Assembly (NCBI GenBank): GCA_002898395.1
Contig: BEHE01000002.1
Location: forward strand, 1-64,000
DNA from: Candidatus Calditenuaceae archaeon HR02
GTDB lineage: Archaea; Thermoproteota; Nitrososphaeria_A; Caldarchaeales; Calditenuaceae
Reading direction: 5' to 3'
DNA length: 64,000 nt
In this document: piece by piece, positions 10,407-19,450 of the stretch
Numbering within the stretch: position 1 is the stretch's first letter
Layout of the letters: the number at the start of each line of letters is the position of its first letter
Made by a program: the position numbers and the translations under genes
The notes under the pieces: generated by a model
What the model saw: the letters and a program-made list of their open reading frames with translations, nothing else
Database searches by the model: none
Told to the model about the DNA's origin: nothing

Positions 10407-10940
10407 TCACACCTTAGTCTTCTCAAGGATTATCTCTAAGAGAGTTCTAAGGATGTTCCATGCACTATTATGATCCTTAGCAATGCTTGGGACAACATTC
10501 ACCTCGTCCCCAAGGCTCATAGCAATCTTGACGTCCTCTGGCGTTAGTGCCCCATCCAAGTCCTGCTTATTTGCGGCTACGATAAAAGGCGTGTTCGGAT
10601 AAATGCTGCGAAACTCCTCCAGCATCTCTTGAGCCTCAAGTATCGAAGACTCGTCGGTGGAGTCGACCATCAATATGTAGCCGTGCATGGACTTCGCGAG
10701 TATATGCCAGATGAAGGAGAATCTGCGCTGGCCGGGGGTTCCGAAAATCCTGACATAGTATCCGTCACCGAGGTCTATCACGCCGAAGTCCATTCCCACA
10801 GTAGTTGAGGGTTTCTTTCGCCTCTCCTCTTCCCTTGTTAATGGGCGCTCAGACGTCATGCTCAGTTCGCAGAGTGTCTTCACGAGGGTGGTCTTACCCG
10901 AGTTGAACGGGCCAGTAACCACTATCTTAAAGCTCTTCAA
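10407..10940 (-). CDS. MglA-like small GTPase
   Basis: G1 GPFNSGKTT, G2 TTVGMDFG, G3 GTPGQRRF, G4 NKQD. Confidence 0.92.
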   Translation of the reverse strand: MKSFKIVVTGPFNSGKTTLVKTLCELSMTSERPLTREEERRKKPSTTVGMDFGVIDLGDGYYVRIFGTPGQRRFSFIWHILAKSMHGYILMVDSTDESSILEAQEMLEEFRSIYPNTPFIVAANKQDLDGALTPEDVKIAMSLGDEVNVVPSIAKDHNSAWNILRTLLEIILEKTKV

Positions 10941-11331
10941 TAGTTTCCTCCTCCTTGAAATAGAGGTCTAGGAGCAGGTTCACGAAGCCTAAGTTTGGAT
11001 TCAGCTTTGTTATCAGCGCAACTACATCGCCTCTGTATTGGAATATGAAGAGGTAGCGCTTGCCATCCAACTCTACCACTATACGACGATAGTCTCCTAT
11101 GTGCATAACCTCCAAGATCGATGAGACCACCCCTGAGATCGCGGATATCGCCGCCCCAAGATACTCCGCGCCCACTGATGAGGCGTTTACCTGTGCTACG
11201 GGAGTGCCATCCGGCTTAGATACAATCGCGACCTCAACGGACCCTCTACTCACCCTGATGACTTCTTCGAGGAGGGACTGAAGCTCGGGTGACGGCGTCT
11301 GGATATCCGCCAACCGGAGATCAACCCCCAC
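10927..11331 (-). CDS. Roadblock/LC7 (MglB-like) protein
   Basis: VAIVSKPDGTPV, LGAAISAI, RRIVVELDG, NLGFV pattern; overlaps GTPase gene. Confidence 0.88.
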   Translation of the reverse strand: MGVDLRLADIQTPSPELQSLLEEVIRVSRGSVEVAIVSKPDGTPVAQVNASSVGAEYLGAAISAISGVVSSILEVMHIGDYRRIVVELDGKRYLFIFQYRGDVVALITKLNPNLGFVNLLLDLYFKEEETIEEL

Positions 11332-11977
11332 TTAGAAGATTCTTGAGTATCCTTTTCGCGCTCTCGCTCAGCAGCTCGACGTCTACGCCAGCCACTCCTT
11401 TTGAAGCCTTGACATATAGGTAAACTCTTCTCCCCGCTACATCTGCTGAAGGTATCAATAACTCCACGATACTGTCTTCTTGAATCTGTAGAGACTTCAC
11501 AGAGCTTCTTGCAAGCTGGAGTGAGTTGATGACCTCTGTGAGTAGAGCAGCCTCCCTATTCGAATCAATGGCCCCTTCTTGATCAATCACTTGCCCGCTA
11601 TCATCGAAGATTAATGCGGCCTCGAAGCCTTCCCCCGCTACTAGCTCGGAGAGGAGGCCGTAAGGTTCCTTCCTTGTCTCCACCTCTGTCTTTTCTGGCT
11701 GAGTCCTATGCTCCTCAACTGTAGCCAACTCCTCTCGAGGGGTCTGTTTGGCCGCCTGCTCTACGGTCTTTTCAGCGGCCTGAATAGCCATTTGCATGAG
11801 CGCGTCGCGTATGTTTGTGTAGGCTGTGAGGGATAGCCTATAGACTCGGAGGGATAGGGTTACCATGTAGATTGCCAGGATGGATGCAATTAGGGCTGCG
11901 AGAGAGCCTCCGATTACCAGTGCGTCAATCAGTGGTGTGGAGTCCATACCGTACCCGCTTGAATACCGTCGCCCCAT
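11321..11977 (-). CDS. N-terminal TM-anchored protein with C-terminal roadblock-like domain
   Basis: Hydrophobic helix ALVIGGSLAALIASILAIYMV, charged linker, then GFEAALIFDDSGQVI..EAALL..VYLYV. Confidence 0.65.
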   Translation of the reverse strand: MGRRYSSGYGMDSTPLIDALVIGGSLAALIASILAIYMVTLSLRVYRLSLTAYTNIRDALMQMAIQAAEKTVEQAAKQTPREELATVEEHRTQPEKTEVETRKEPYGLLSELVAGEGFEAALIFDDSGQVIDQEGAIDSNREAALLTEVINSLQLARSSVKSLQIQEDSIVELLIPSADVAGRRVYLYVKASKGVAGVDVELLSESAKRILKNLLSGG

Positions 11978-12035
11978 TATGTATAAGTTTTATTATCTTG
12001 TAATCTATGAGCGATGCCGATCGGATGCATAGCAA

Positions 12036-12404
12036 CTAGAAATCGTCACCTCGGTTTATTGAAGGCCCTACCCTTCCGCTGCCTCTCACCAGAATAAGCC
12101 CTACACCACCCGCACTATTGCTCTCCTTCAGGGTGACGTGCTGCTGGAACAGTGTGACCACTCTTTTCGGTAGAATTACTGATATGTAGCAGACCTTGCA
12201 TATTGGCCTAGATGAATGTTCATAGCGACACTCTTTGCAGATTAGCTTTCCACAAACCTCGCATCGATAGGGGGCGAACCTATTCTTGTGAATCCAGCAT
12301 CTATAGGTCTCGACCTTCTGTCCGGTCTCGATCTTGTTGCCACAGAATGGGCAGTACGTCGCCCCCTCGACGCAGGGAGCCGCGCAGGTTGGGCAGCGAG
12401 TCAT
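12036..12404 (-). CDS. zinc-ribbon plus B-box-type zinc finger protein
   Basis: CPTC..CPFCG followed by CWIH..CEVCGKLICKEC..ICKVC. Confidence 0.75.
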   Translation of the reverse strand: MTRCPTCAAPCVEGATYCPFCGNKIETGQKVETYRCWIHKNRFAPYRCEVCGKLICKECRYEHSSRPICKVCYISVILPKRVVTLFQQHVTLKESNSAGGVGLILVRGSGRVGPSINRGDDF

Positions 12405-12503
12405 TCCTTGACCACAAGGCGCCCTCTAAATATAAGGTGACAAATGGGTGTCCGGCTAAAACTACCCACGGAATACGCAGGTATTTACTCAATAATGCCA
12501 CCG

Positions 12504-13634
12504 CTACCTTCTAGGAGAGAGTCTCAATAGCTTGTCGTCGCCTGGTCTAACTGAGCCGCGGCCATCCCTATTGCTTGTAAGAACGTAGAGTAGGCCGTCT
12601 GGCCCCTGTACAACGTTCCTGAGCCTTCCGTACTCCCTATATAACAGCTTCTCCGACTCCACTACTCTTGTTCCATCTTCACTGACTGCTAGTCTATGCA
12701 GGTGTTCTCCGCGGAGTGCAGCGAAGAACAGGTTGTCATTCCACTGGGGGAAGTCGCTGCCATAGTAGAAGGTGCATCCAGATGGAGCCCAAGTCTCACT
12801 TCCACTATGATAAATTGGTTCCATGAATCCCTCAACTTCCTGCTTACCCACCACGCGTGGCCATCCATAATTCCCGCCGGGCACTATGCGGTTTACCTCG
12901 TCGTTCGCCACTAACCCCATTTCACCCGAGGGGCCGTGCTCTGTGGCGAAGAGCTGTTCACCTCCCCTGCGCCACGAGATACCCTGTGGGTTGCGGTGTC
13001 CATAGCTGTAGATTGGTGAGTCCTTGAAGGGGTTATCGCTCGGGATTGAACCGTCTATTCCGATTCGGAGTATCTTCCCTGCTGTTGAGTTTAAGTCCTG
13101 AGCACTTTCTGGATTCGCCGCATCACCAGTCGTAATGTAAAGTCTAGCGTCTGGACCGGTCTTGACTCTGCCCCCGTCATGAACCGGTGCAGCAGGTATT
13201 CTATCCAATAGCACAACACCTTCTTTAAACTCAAGTGAGTCCCACAACTGTACACGATTATAGAGGAGAGTACCATCCCTATACGTATAGTAAGTAATTG
13301 GACGGGAGCCTGGCTCTATATGAGTCAGTCCCAGTAGGCCACCCTCACCAACATGTTCCACATCAATCTCCCCCAAGACCTGGCTTCTACCTGTGGAAAG
13401 AGTAAGTAAAACAACACGGCCAGGCCGCTCAGTGATGAGAGCCTCATCGCCACTAATGAAGTCGATCTCCCAAGGGATAATCAGTCCTTCTTTAACCGTC
13501 TCCACAACATAATCCTTCTCCAACCCAGCTTGCCCAACTACTCGGTCATGCTGGCGTAGAAGGAAGTAGAGTATTGAAATGGCCGCACCACCCGTAACCA
13601 TCGAGAGCAATAAGAGTAAGTTCCTCCGATTCAC
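12504..13634 (-). CDS. PQQ-dependent aldose sugar dehydrogenase (GSDH/YliI family), membrane-anchored or exported
   Basis: NRRNLL signal, PWEIDF, GEGGLLG, HDGGR, SYGHRNPQG, GRLRNV, TSNRDGRG. Confidence 0.92.
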   Translation of the reverse strand: MNRRNLLLLLSMVTGGAAISILYFLLRQHDRVVGQAGLEKDYVVETVKEGLIIPWEIDFISGDEALITERPGRVVLLTLSTGRSQVLGEIDVEHVGEGGLLGLTHIEPGSRPITYYTYRDGTLLYNRVQLWDSLEFKEGVVLLDRIPAAPVHDGGRVKTGPDARLYITTGDAANPESAQDLNSTAGKILRIGIDGSIPSDNPFKDSPIYSYGHRNPQGISWRRGGEQLFATEHGPSGEMGLVANDEVNRIVPGGNYGWPRVVGKQEVEGFMEPIYHSGSETWAPSGCTFYYGSDFPQWNDNLFFAALRGEHLHRLAVSEDGTRVVESEKLLYREYGRLRNVVQGPDGLLYVLTSNRDGRGSVRPGDDKLLRLSPRR

Positions 13635-13679
13635 GTCTAGCCTGCACCGTGCTATACCGTCACTTAAAGCATATATATA

Positions 13680-14165
13680 TTGTCTGATTCTAGGCTCACT
13701 CTATTGTTCTGGCTCATGGTCGTTAAGGATTACAGGGCCGGGCCGAGACAGGCCATCCCGGCAAATCAGGCCTTGGCAGACAGGGTTAGGCATGTCTTCT
13801 GGCTAATCTCTGCGAAGAGCCCCTACCGTAAAAGGGTTACCTCAGGTGATTCCTGCCTCTTCTATGTTTCGAGTAAGCTGGGTAAAGTGATCGCCAGTAA
13901 TTGCGTCATCTCCTCGCCACCTAATCCGATAACTCACAACATCAAGGCCTCGTTAAGGGCTATCTGTCAACCCTTCTGACCCACTACATAGGAATAAATG
14001 GATCATCTGGGCCACCCCTAGAGGCCGGCGAGGTAATACCGACATGAACTTTATTAAGAATAAGGATCGATGTTCCGCCACCTTTAAGGCTGCCTCTACC
14101 CACCATCCGCTGAGGACTATGAGTACGTTCTAAAATACCAGCAGGAGAAGAGTACTACTACATGA
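13680..14165 (+). pseudogene. frameshifted EVE (PUA-like) domain gene
   Basis: FWLMV..FW..RKRVTSGD..LFYVS in frame 1; C-terminal EVE hallmarks NFIKNKDR (14044) and AEDYEYV (14109) lie after stops and frame changes. Confidence 0.65.
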
Positions 14166-14862
14166 GGAGATAGGGTTTGACGAATTGGTCGTAGAGTGGC
14201 GCCTTCTCGTGGATTGTCAGCTCCCTATACATAGTCGCGGGCGAGATATACGCCACGTCTATGCTGTCTCCCGAGCCTATGTCACGTCTTATCGCCGCCG
14301 CCACAGCCTTAAATGCCAGTTTAATCGCTTCATCAAGGCTCAAGTCAGGCCTATACTCGGACTCCAACACGCCCAGGGCGACAGGAGACCCGGATCCCGA
14401 TACAACCATCTTTTCCTCGGTAAAGCCGCCTAGGGGGTCGACACTGAAGATATGGGCGCCAGTATCGTCGACTCCTCCAAGCAGGATCTGGGCTTGGAAT
14501 GGAAGCCACCTGTAGCTGAACATGAGGTTTGCTAAAAGACTGGTCAGCGCTCTAATCTGTATGGGTCTCCCTTGGGTGACTTCGTAGTGCCGTGCGTTAG
14601 CCTTCATAAGGTCTATCAGGCTCTGGGCATCAGCAACTCTTCCGGCGATCGTCATAGCGGCATGGTCAGCTATTTTATAGACCTTTTTCGCCTTCCTATG
14701 TGCCACGAAGAACCCTGCGGTTGCCCTACTATCAGTCGCGAAGACAACAATATCGCCCGCAGTGAAACCCACCGTCGTCGTTCCAGTCGATAAAGTTGAT
14801 GATCTATCACCCCTCTCATTCAACCATCCTGTAAAGCCGGGCAAACCGTTTCTACCCCCCAA
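14158..14862 (-). CDS. psmB: proteasome beta subunit
   Basis: Propeptide then TG/TTTVG, ATDSRAT, AGRVADAQ, GSGS, RDIGSGD. Confidence 0.96.
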   Translation of the reverse strand: MGGRNGLPGFTGWLNERGDRSSTLSTGTTTVGFTAGDIVVFATDSRATAGFFVAHRKAKKVYKIADHAAMTIAGRVADAQSLIDLMKANARHYEVTQGRPIQIRALTSLLANLMFSYRWLPFQAQILLGGVDDTGAHIFSVDPLGGFTEEKMVVSGSGSPVALGVLESEYRPDLSLDEAIKLAFKAVAAAIRRDIGSGDSIDVAYISPATMYRELTIHEKAPLYDQFVKPYLLM

Positions 14863-14941
14863 GTATAGGAGATAGCCACGCTATTTACCTTCCCATTCGC
14901 CAATCTTATTGACACACGAGACGTGTCTTATCAGGAGGAGG

Positions 14942-15358
14942 CTAGCGCCCCCGGGTTATCGCTGGCCTGAACTTGTATCCATAGACGATTAGTCCGGACT
15001 CCCCGTCCTCTGCTATTTTCCTGACGACCCTTTCAAGCTCAGTCCCTGGCTTAAGCTCTTCCGGGTCGCAATCCGTGATGCCAGCCACCAGCTTGGTCCC
15101 ATCCTCGAACTCTACAAGGCCTACTATGTATGGGGCCTGTTTCTCAAAGGCGATGGGCGGGTTCTTTACAACCGTGTAGGTGATGAGCCGTGCGCGGTCA
15201 GGAAGCTTGTCTTCGTCAATCCTGTTTGACCTGCACCGCCTGCATATGCTTGTGGCGTAGTGGTGGACTGCACCGCAGTTTAGACATCTCCATACGACTA
15301 GCTTATACCTGAATCTTCTATGTCTCCAGTTTACAGGTGGGCGGAAAACAGCATGCAA
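14942..15358 (-). CDS. DUF35 Zn-ribbon/OB-fold scaffold protein
   Basis: CLNC..CRRC, TYTVV..PP..F..PYIVG, GLIVYGYKF; downstream of thiolase. Confidence 0.92.
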   Translation of the reverse strand: MHAVFRPPVNWRHRRFRYKLVVWRCLNCGAVHHYATSICRRCRSNRIDEDKLPDRARLITYTVVKNPPIAFEKQAPYIVGLVEFEDGTKLVAGITDCDPEELKPGTELERVVRKIAEDGESGLIVYGYKFRPAITRGR

Positions 15359-15364
15359 CCCTCC

Positions 15365-16519
15365 TCACCCCTCCTTCATAACAAGCGCGTAGGCAGCGCT
15401 CCCCAGCCCAGAGAGGCTGATCATCGCGCCATACTTCGCGCCATCTACTTGGCAGGCCCCTGCTCTGCCTGTCAGCTGGAGGAATATTTCCGCAGCCTGA
15501 TAAACACCTGTAGCCCCGAGAGGGTGTCCACGCGCCTTTAGCCCGCCGAAAGCATTGATAACAACTTTGCCACCGTAGTCAAACATGCCATTTTTAGCAT
15601 CGACGCCGCTGGCTCCTTCCTCCGAATAGCCTATCGACTCTAAGATGAGGTTCGCTAGGATTGAGTATGAGTCGTGAATCTCTAATACCTTAACTTGCTC
15701 TCGACTTAGTCCCGCCCTAGCTAGTGCCTCGAAGAAGGCCCGGGTTGCAGCGCTTAGTTTTAGAGGGTCTTCCCTGTCGAATGGAAAGACTATATCGGTG
15801 GATGACGCTGCTCCAGCTAGCTCCACGACCTGTTCATGCTGGATTGTAGGTAAAGCATCTGAGCTGGAGAGTATTAATGCGGCTGCTCCATCGGCTGGGG
15901 CAGTTGTCTCAAGTCTTCGAAGGGGCGGCGAGACTACGGGGGAGGAGAGTACATTATCAAGCGTCGTCTTGAATTGGTACTGAGCGTGAGGCGCTCTAGA
16001 TGCGTGTTCATGCATGATTACGGGGAATTGGGCCACCATCTCCTGCGGTAATTCATACCTCTCTAGATACATTCTGTACATCATGGCTGCGAGCGCAGAC
16101 TCCGTCACACCTTGAAAACCTACTAGGTCGTATCTCTCTGAGAGGGAGGGGAGAAAGACGGCCTCCTCAGGTGTTGCGTCAGATAACTTCTCGACTCCGA
16201 TGACTAGAACCGTATCTGCTAGGCCGGAAAGTATGGCTTGGTAGCCCGAGACGAGGGCTGCGGCACCACTAGCTCCACCTGCCTCAACTCTAAGTGCTGG
16301 GACCCCTGCCAATCCTATGTCCTCTGCGACAATCGCGCCCAGGTTGGCTTGGTTCTGAAGTATCTCACCAAGGGCGTTGGCGACGTAGATCGAATCTATC
16401 TTCCACGGCCTCACCTCAGCGAGACCGTCGACCACCTGGCTAACCAGGCTGTCAATAGAATGACCCCACTGTTCGTCAACTTTTAATAGGCTGGCACCCA
16501 CAATGTACACCTTCCTCAT
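15365..16519 (-). CDS. archaeal acetoacetyl-CoA thiolase-like protein (catalytic Cys absent)
   Basis: GVEK, DGAAA, EIHDSY, GGLKARGHPLGATG; VEAGGASG in place of VEAACASG. Confidence 0.88.
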   Translation of the reverse strand: MRKVYIVGASLLKVDEQWGHSIDSLVSQVVDGLAEVRPWKIDSIYVANALGEILQNQANLGAIVAEDIGLAGVPALRVEAGGASGAAALVSGYQAILSGLADTVLVIGVEKLSDATPEEAVFLPSLSERYDLVGFQGVTESALAAMMYRMYLERYELPQEMVAQFPVIMHEHASRAPHAQYQFKTTLDNVLSSPVVSPPLRRLETTAPADGAAALILSSSDALPTIQHEQVVELAGAASSTDIVFPFDREDPLKLSAATRAFFEALARAGLSREQVKVLEIHDSYSILANLILESIGYSEEGASGVDAKNGMFDYGGKVVINAFGGLKARGHPLGATGVYQAAEIFLQLTGRAGACQVDGAKYGAMISLSGLGSAAYALVMKEG

Positions 16520-16525
16520 AGGCCT

Positions 16526-17569
16526 CTACTCCCTGATTTTGCCCCTCGCCTTCAGATACAACGCGTAGTCAACATATCTCCGTCGCTCTATCAGCTCGCT
16601 CACGAGTGGCGCTCTACCTCTCTTCTCCAGGATCCCTTCCTTAACCCTGAAGACGAAGGCGTCACTTCCCGCACCTGAGCCGTAGGAAACCAAGAGTATA
16701 CTTTCTCCTGGTTTGGATTGGTCTAGCACCTTCGCCAGACCCATCATCGATGAAGCTGCATATGTGTTACCTATGAGATTGCAGACTACCCCAGGTTCTA
16801 TTTTCTTGGCAGGTATGCCCAGCATCTTTGCGGCAGCATAGGGGAATTTGGTGTTTGGCTGGTGGAATACAATGTAGTCGAATTCGCCGAGTGAGTAGCC
16901 GTCTTCCACCACCATCTTCGCTGCAGAGATGATGTGATGGAAATAGGCTGGCACGCCGGTAAACCTTGAACCGTGCACAGGGTATCTCTCATGATTTCTT
17001 CTCCAGAAATCGGGCGTATCAGTTACGTAGCTTGCCGCATATTCCAACTCTGCAATAGCTCCCTCGCTACTCTTTCCAATCAGTAAGGCTACACCTCCCG
17101 CCGCAGCCGTGTATTCTAGCGCATCTCTTGGCCTACCCTGAGCAGTATCCGCGCCGATCGCAAGCCCATACTCTATCATGCCAGACGCCACGAGCCCGGA
17201 GACCAGCTCCACTGCCTCAGTACCCGCCTTACACGCAAACTCTAAGTCAGCACTGAGAAGCCTACTATTAACTCCCAGCACGTCAGCCACTATTGTCCCA
17301 GTCGGCTTTACCGCATAAGGATGCGACTCGGAACCGACATAGACAGCGCCAATCCTATCAGGGTCAATCCCCGCTCTAGCGATGGCATAGCTAGCAGCCT
17401 CCGCCGCTATCGTGACGGTATCCTCGTCGAGGCTATTGACCGATTTTTCCAGCACTGGGAGCTCGGAGTCTGGCATACCCCAGACCCTGGCAATTTCAGA
17501 GGCCTTTATCCTAAACATGGGGATGTAGGCGCCGTAACCATGGACTGCGACTCCTGAGAGTCTAGGCAA
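16526..17569 (-). CDS. hydroxymethylglutaryl-CoA synthase
   Basis: GSESHPYAVKP, EFACKAGT, DFWRR, FHQPN, GNTY, SYGSGAGSD. Confidence 0.95.
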   Translation of the reverse strand: MPRLSGVAVHGYGAYIPMFRIKASEIARVWGMPDSELPVLEKSVNSLDEDTVTIAAEAASYAIARAGIDPDRIGAVYVGSESHPYAVKPTGTIVADVLGVNSRLLSADLEFACKAGTEAVELVSGLVASGMIEYGLAIGADTAQGRPRDALEYTAAAGGVALLIGKSSEGAIAELEYAASYVTDTPDFWRRNHERYPVHGSRFTGVPAYFHHIISAAKMVVEDGYSLGEFDYIVFHQPNTKFPYAAAKMLGIPAKKIEPGVVCNLIGNTYAASSMMGLAKVLDQSKPGESILLVSYGSGAGSDAFVFRVKEGILEKRGRAPLVSELIERRRYVDYALYLKARGKIRE

Positions 17570-17622
17570 CTCGTCACCTATTGCACCTACCCGTATAAAA
17601 GTGTTGAATCAATAGTATACAA

Positions 17623-17725
17623 TTGTCGATTGACAACACCGGACAAGATTCCCAAAAACTACACCGATAAAATTACTGCCACCCAACCGACGTTTTGGAT
17701 GTTTTAGACGTTTAAGCTTATATAA
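17623..17725. promoter_or_regulatory. divergent promoter with palindrome, three 9-bp repeats and TATA box
   Basis: TTGTC-N4-GACAA (17623-17636); GACGTTTTG/GATGTTTTA/GACGTTTAA (17689-17715); TTATATAA (17718-17725). Confidence 0.5.
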
Positions 17726-17748
17726 CCTGAAGTCATATAGACATTGCA

Positions 17749-18204
17749 ATGGTGGAGACGGCTCTAGACGAGAAAGACCTTGAGATTATCCGGGCACTGA
17801 TGAAGGATGCCAAAAAGAGCTTCACAGAGCTCTCGAGAGAACTCGGGGTCCCGAGGACTACCCTGCAGGAGCGGTTTAGAAGGATTACTGCCAGGGGGAT
17901 AATTAAGCGGATTGCCGCGATTCCGGATTATTCGCGCCTAGGTCTGCCTACCACCGCTTTCCTCCTAGTCTCGTTCTCACCCGTGATGGACATTTCCCAG
18001 CGAGACCTTGCAGCCATGATTGCGGAGATGGAGCACGTCTACGAGGTCCACCTGATAAGTGGGCAGTGGGATATGCTGATCAAGGTTAGGGCGCCTTCTA
18101 CTGAAGATGTGGGAAGGCTAGTAATCGATAAGATACGAAGTATAAAGAATGTCGCCAAGACTGAGACTTGTTTCGTCTTCCATACTGCTAAGGAAGTGCC
18201 TTGA
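17749..18204 (+). CDS. Lrp/AsnC family transcriptional regulator
   Basis: LDEKDLEII..DAKKSFTELSRELG HTH; ISGQWD RAM domain. Confidence 0.95.
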   Translation: MVETALDEKDLEIIRALMKDAKKSFTELSRELGVPRTTLQERFRRITARGIIKRIAAIPDYSRLGLPTTAFLLVSFSPVMDISQRDLAAMIAEMEHVYEVHLISGQWDMLIKVRAPSTEDVGRLVIDKIRSIKNVAKTETCFVFHTAKEVP

Positions 18205-18307
18205 AGAATTCCCAGATATTTTTGGGGTATTTCCTATAGCCTTATCTGCTTCGCAACAGGTGGAAACCTCTTAAAACAAAATTAAAGGTTAGAGCACGCC
18301 TCGAGGC

Positions 18308-19411
18308 TTGAGCGAGCTGGAGAGAATCGCTATAGAAAAGGCTAAGGAAGCGGTGAAGCTTGACAAACAGGGGTCCAGAGAGGCTGCCATAGCTCGCTAT
18401 AAAGAGGCGATACAGATTCTGAGCAGGCTTATCAGTCTGACCCAGAGCCCCGTTCTACACGAGGTCTACCGGGAGAGGATGAGGCAATACCTCGATAGGC
18501 TGAGCGAGCTTAGCGAAGAGACACCCACTAGGACAGTGGTTAGGCAGACCATTTCTAAGGAAGAGCCGCGAATGGGGCCTGTGGAGAGCAACGTCAAATG
18601 GAGTGACGTTATTGGCCTCGACGACGCTAAGAGGGTCATTCGCGAGGCCATAGTGTATCCATGGATGAGGCCAGACCTCTTCCCACTGGGCTGGCCAACC
18701 GGTATACTTCTTTTCGGGCCCCCCGGATGTGGAAAGACTCTCCTCGTGGCAGCTACAGCGAGCGAAGTAAATGCAACACTATACACGCTAGATGCAGCAA
18801 CAGTCTTGTCTAAATGGCTTGGAGAGAGTGAGAAAAACATAGCCACACTCTTTTCAAAAGCGAGGCAAGATATCTCGAAAGGTAAACCCGTAATCATCTT
18901 CATAGACGAGGCCGACTCGCTAACTGCTCAGAGATACTTGGAGGTTGGGGGTGAGGCCCGAGCACGGAATCAGCTTCTCAAGGAGATGGACGGGCTATCA
19001 AATAAGAATAAGAAGGAATACCTATACGTGATAGCGGCTACGAATAAGCCCTGGCTGCTCGACGAGGCGTTCATAAGGCGGTTCCAGAAAAGGATCTATG
19101 TCGGGCCTCCCGACCGCGAGACTAGGCTGAACATTTTGAAACACTACACAGCCCACCTCAGATTAGCGGAAGATGTTGACCTAGACGCTCTAGCCGAGAT
19201 GACTGGCAATTACTCGCCTGCCGACCTCTACAATATTTGCCTCGATGCACATTTGACAACTATTAGGGAGATGTTCGAGAACAATCTTGAAGAGCCGCGG
19301 AAAATATCCATGAGAGATTTCATCGCGGCGATCGAGAAGAGAAAGCCCTCCATTAGTGAGGAGATGGTAATGAGGCTCCTCGAGTGGGCTAGGAAACACG
19401 AGGCTGTTTGA
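18308..19411 (+). CDS. cdvC: Vps4-like AAA+ ATPase with MIT domain (CdvC)
   Basis: MIT (AKEAVKLDKQG..AIARYKEAI), RPDLFPLGWP, GPPGCGKT, SKWLGESEK, IFIDE, RRFQKRI. Confidence 0.92.
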   Translation: MSELERIAIEKAKEAVKLDKQGSREAAIARYKEAIQILSRLISLTQSPVLHEVYRERMRQYLDRLSELSEETPTRTVVRQTISKEEPRMGPVESNVKWSDVIGLDDAKRVIREAIVYPWMRPDLFPLGWPTGILLFGPPGCGKTLLVAATASEVNATLYTLDAATVLSKWLGESEKNIATLFSKARQDISKGKPVIIFIDEADSLTAQRYLEVGGEARARNQLLKEMDGLSNKNKKEYLYVIAATNKPWLLDEAFIRRFQKRIYVGPPDRETRLNILKHYTAHLRLAEDVDLDALAEMTGNYSPADLYNICLDAHLTTIREMFENNLEEPRKISMRDFIAAIEKRKPSISEEMVMRLLEWARKHEAV

Positions 19412-19450
19412 ATAATTTTAATATCCGCGGCTGATAATTCCTTCATTGGA

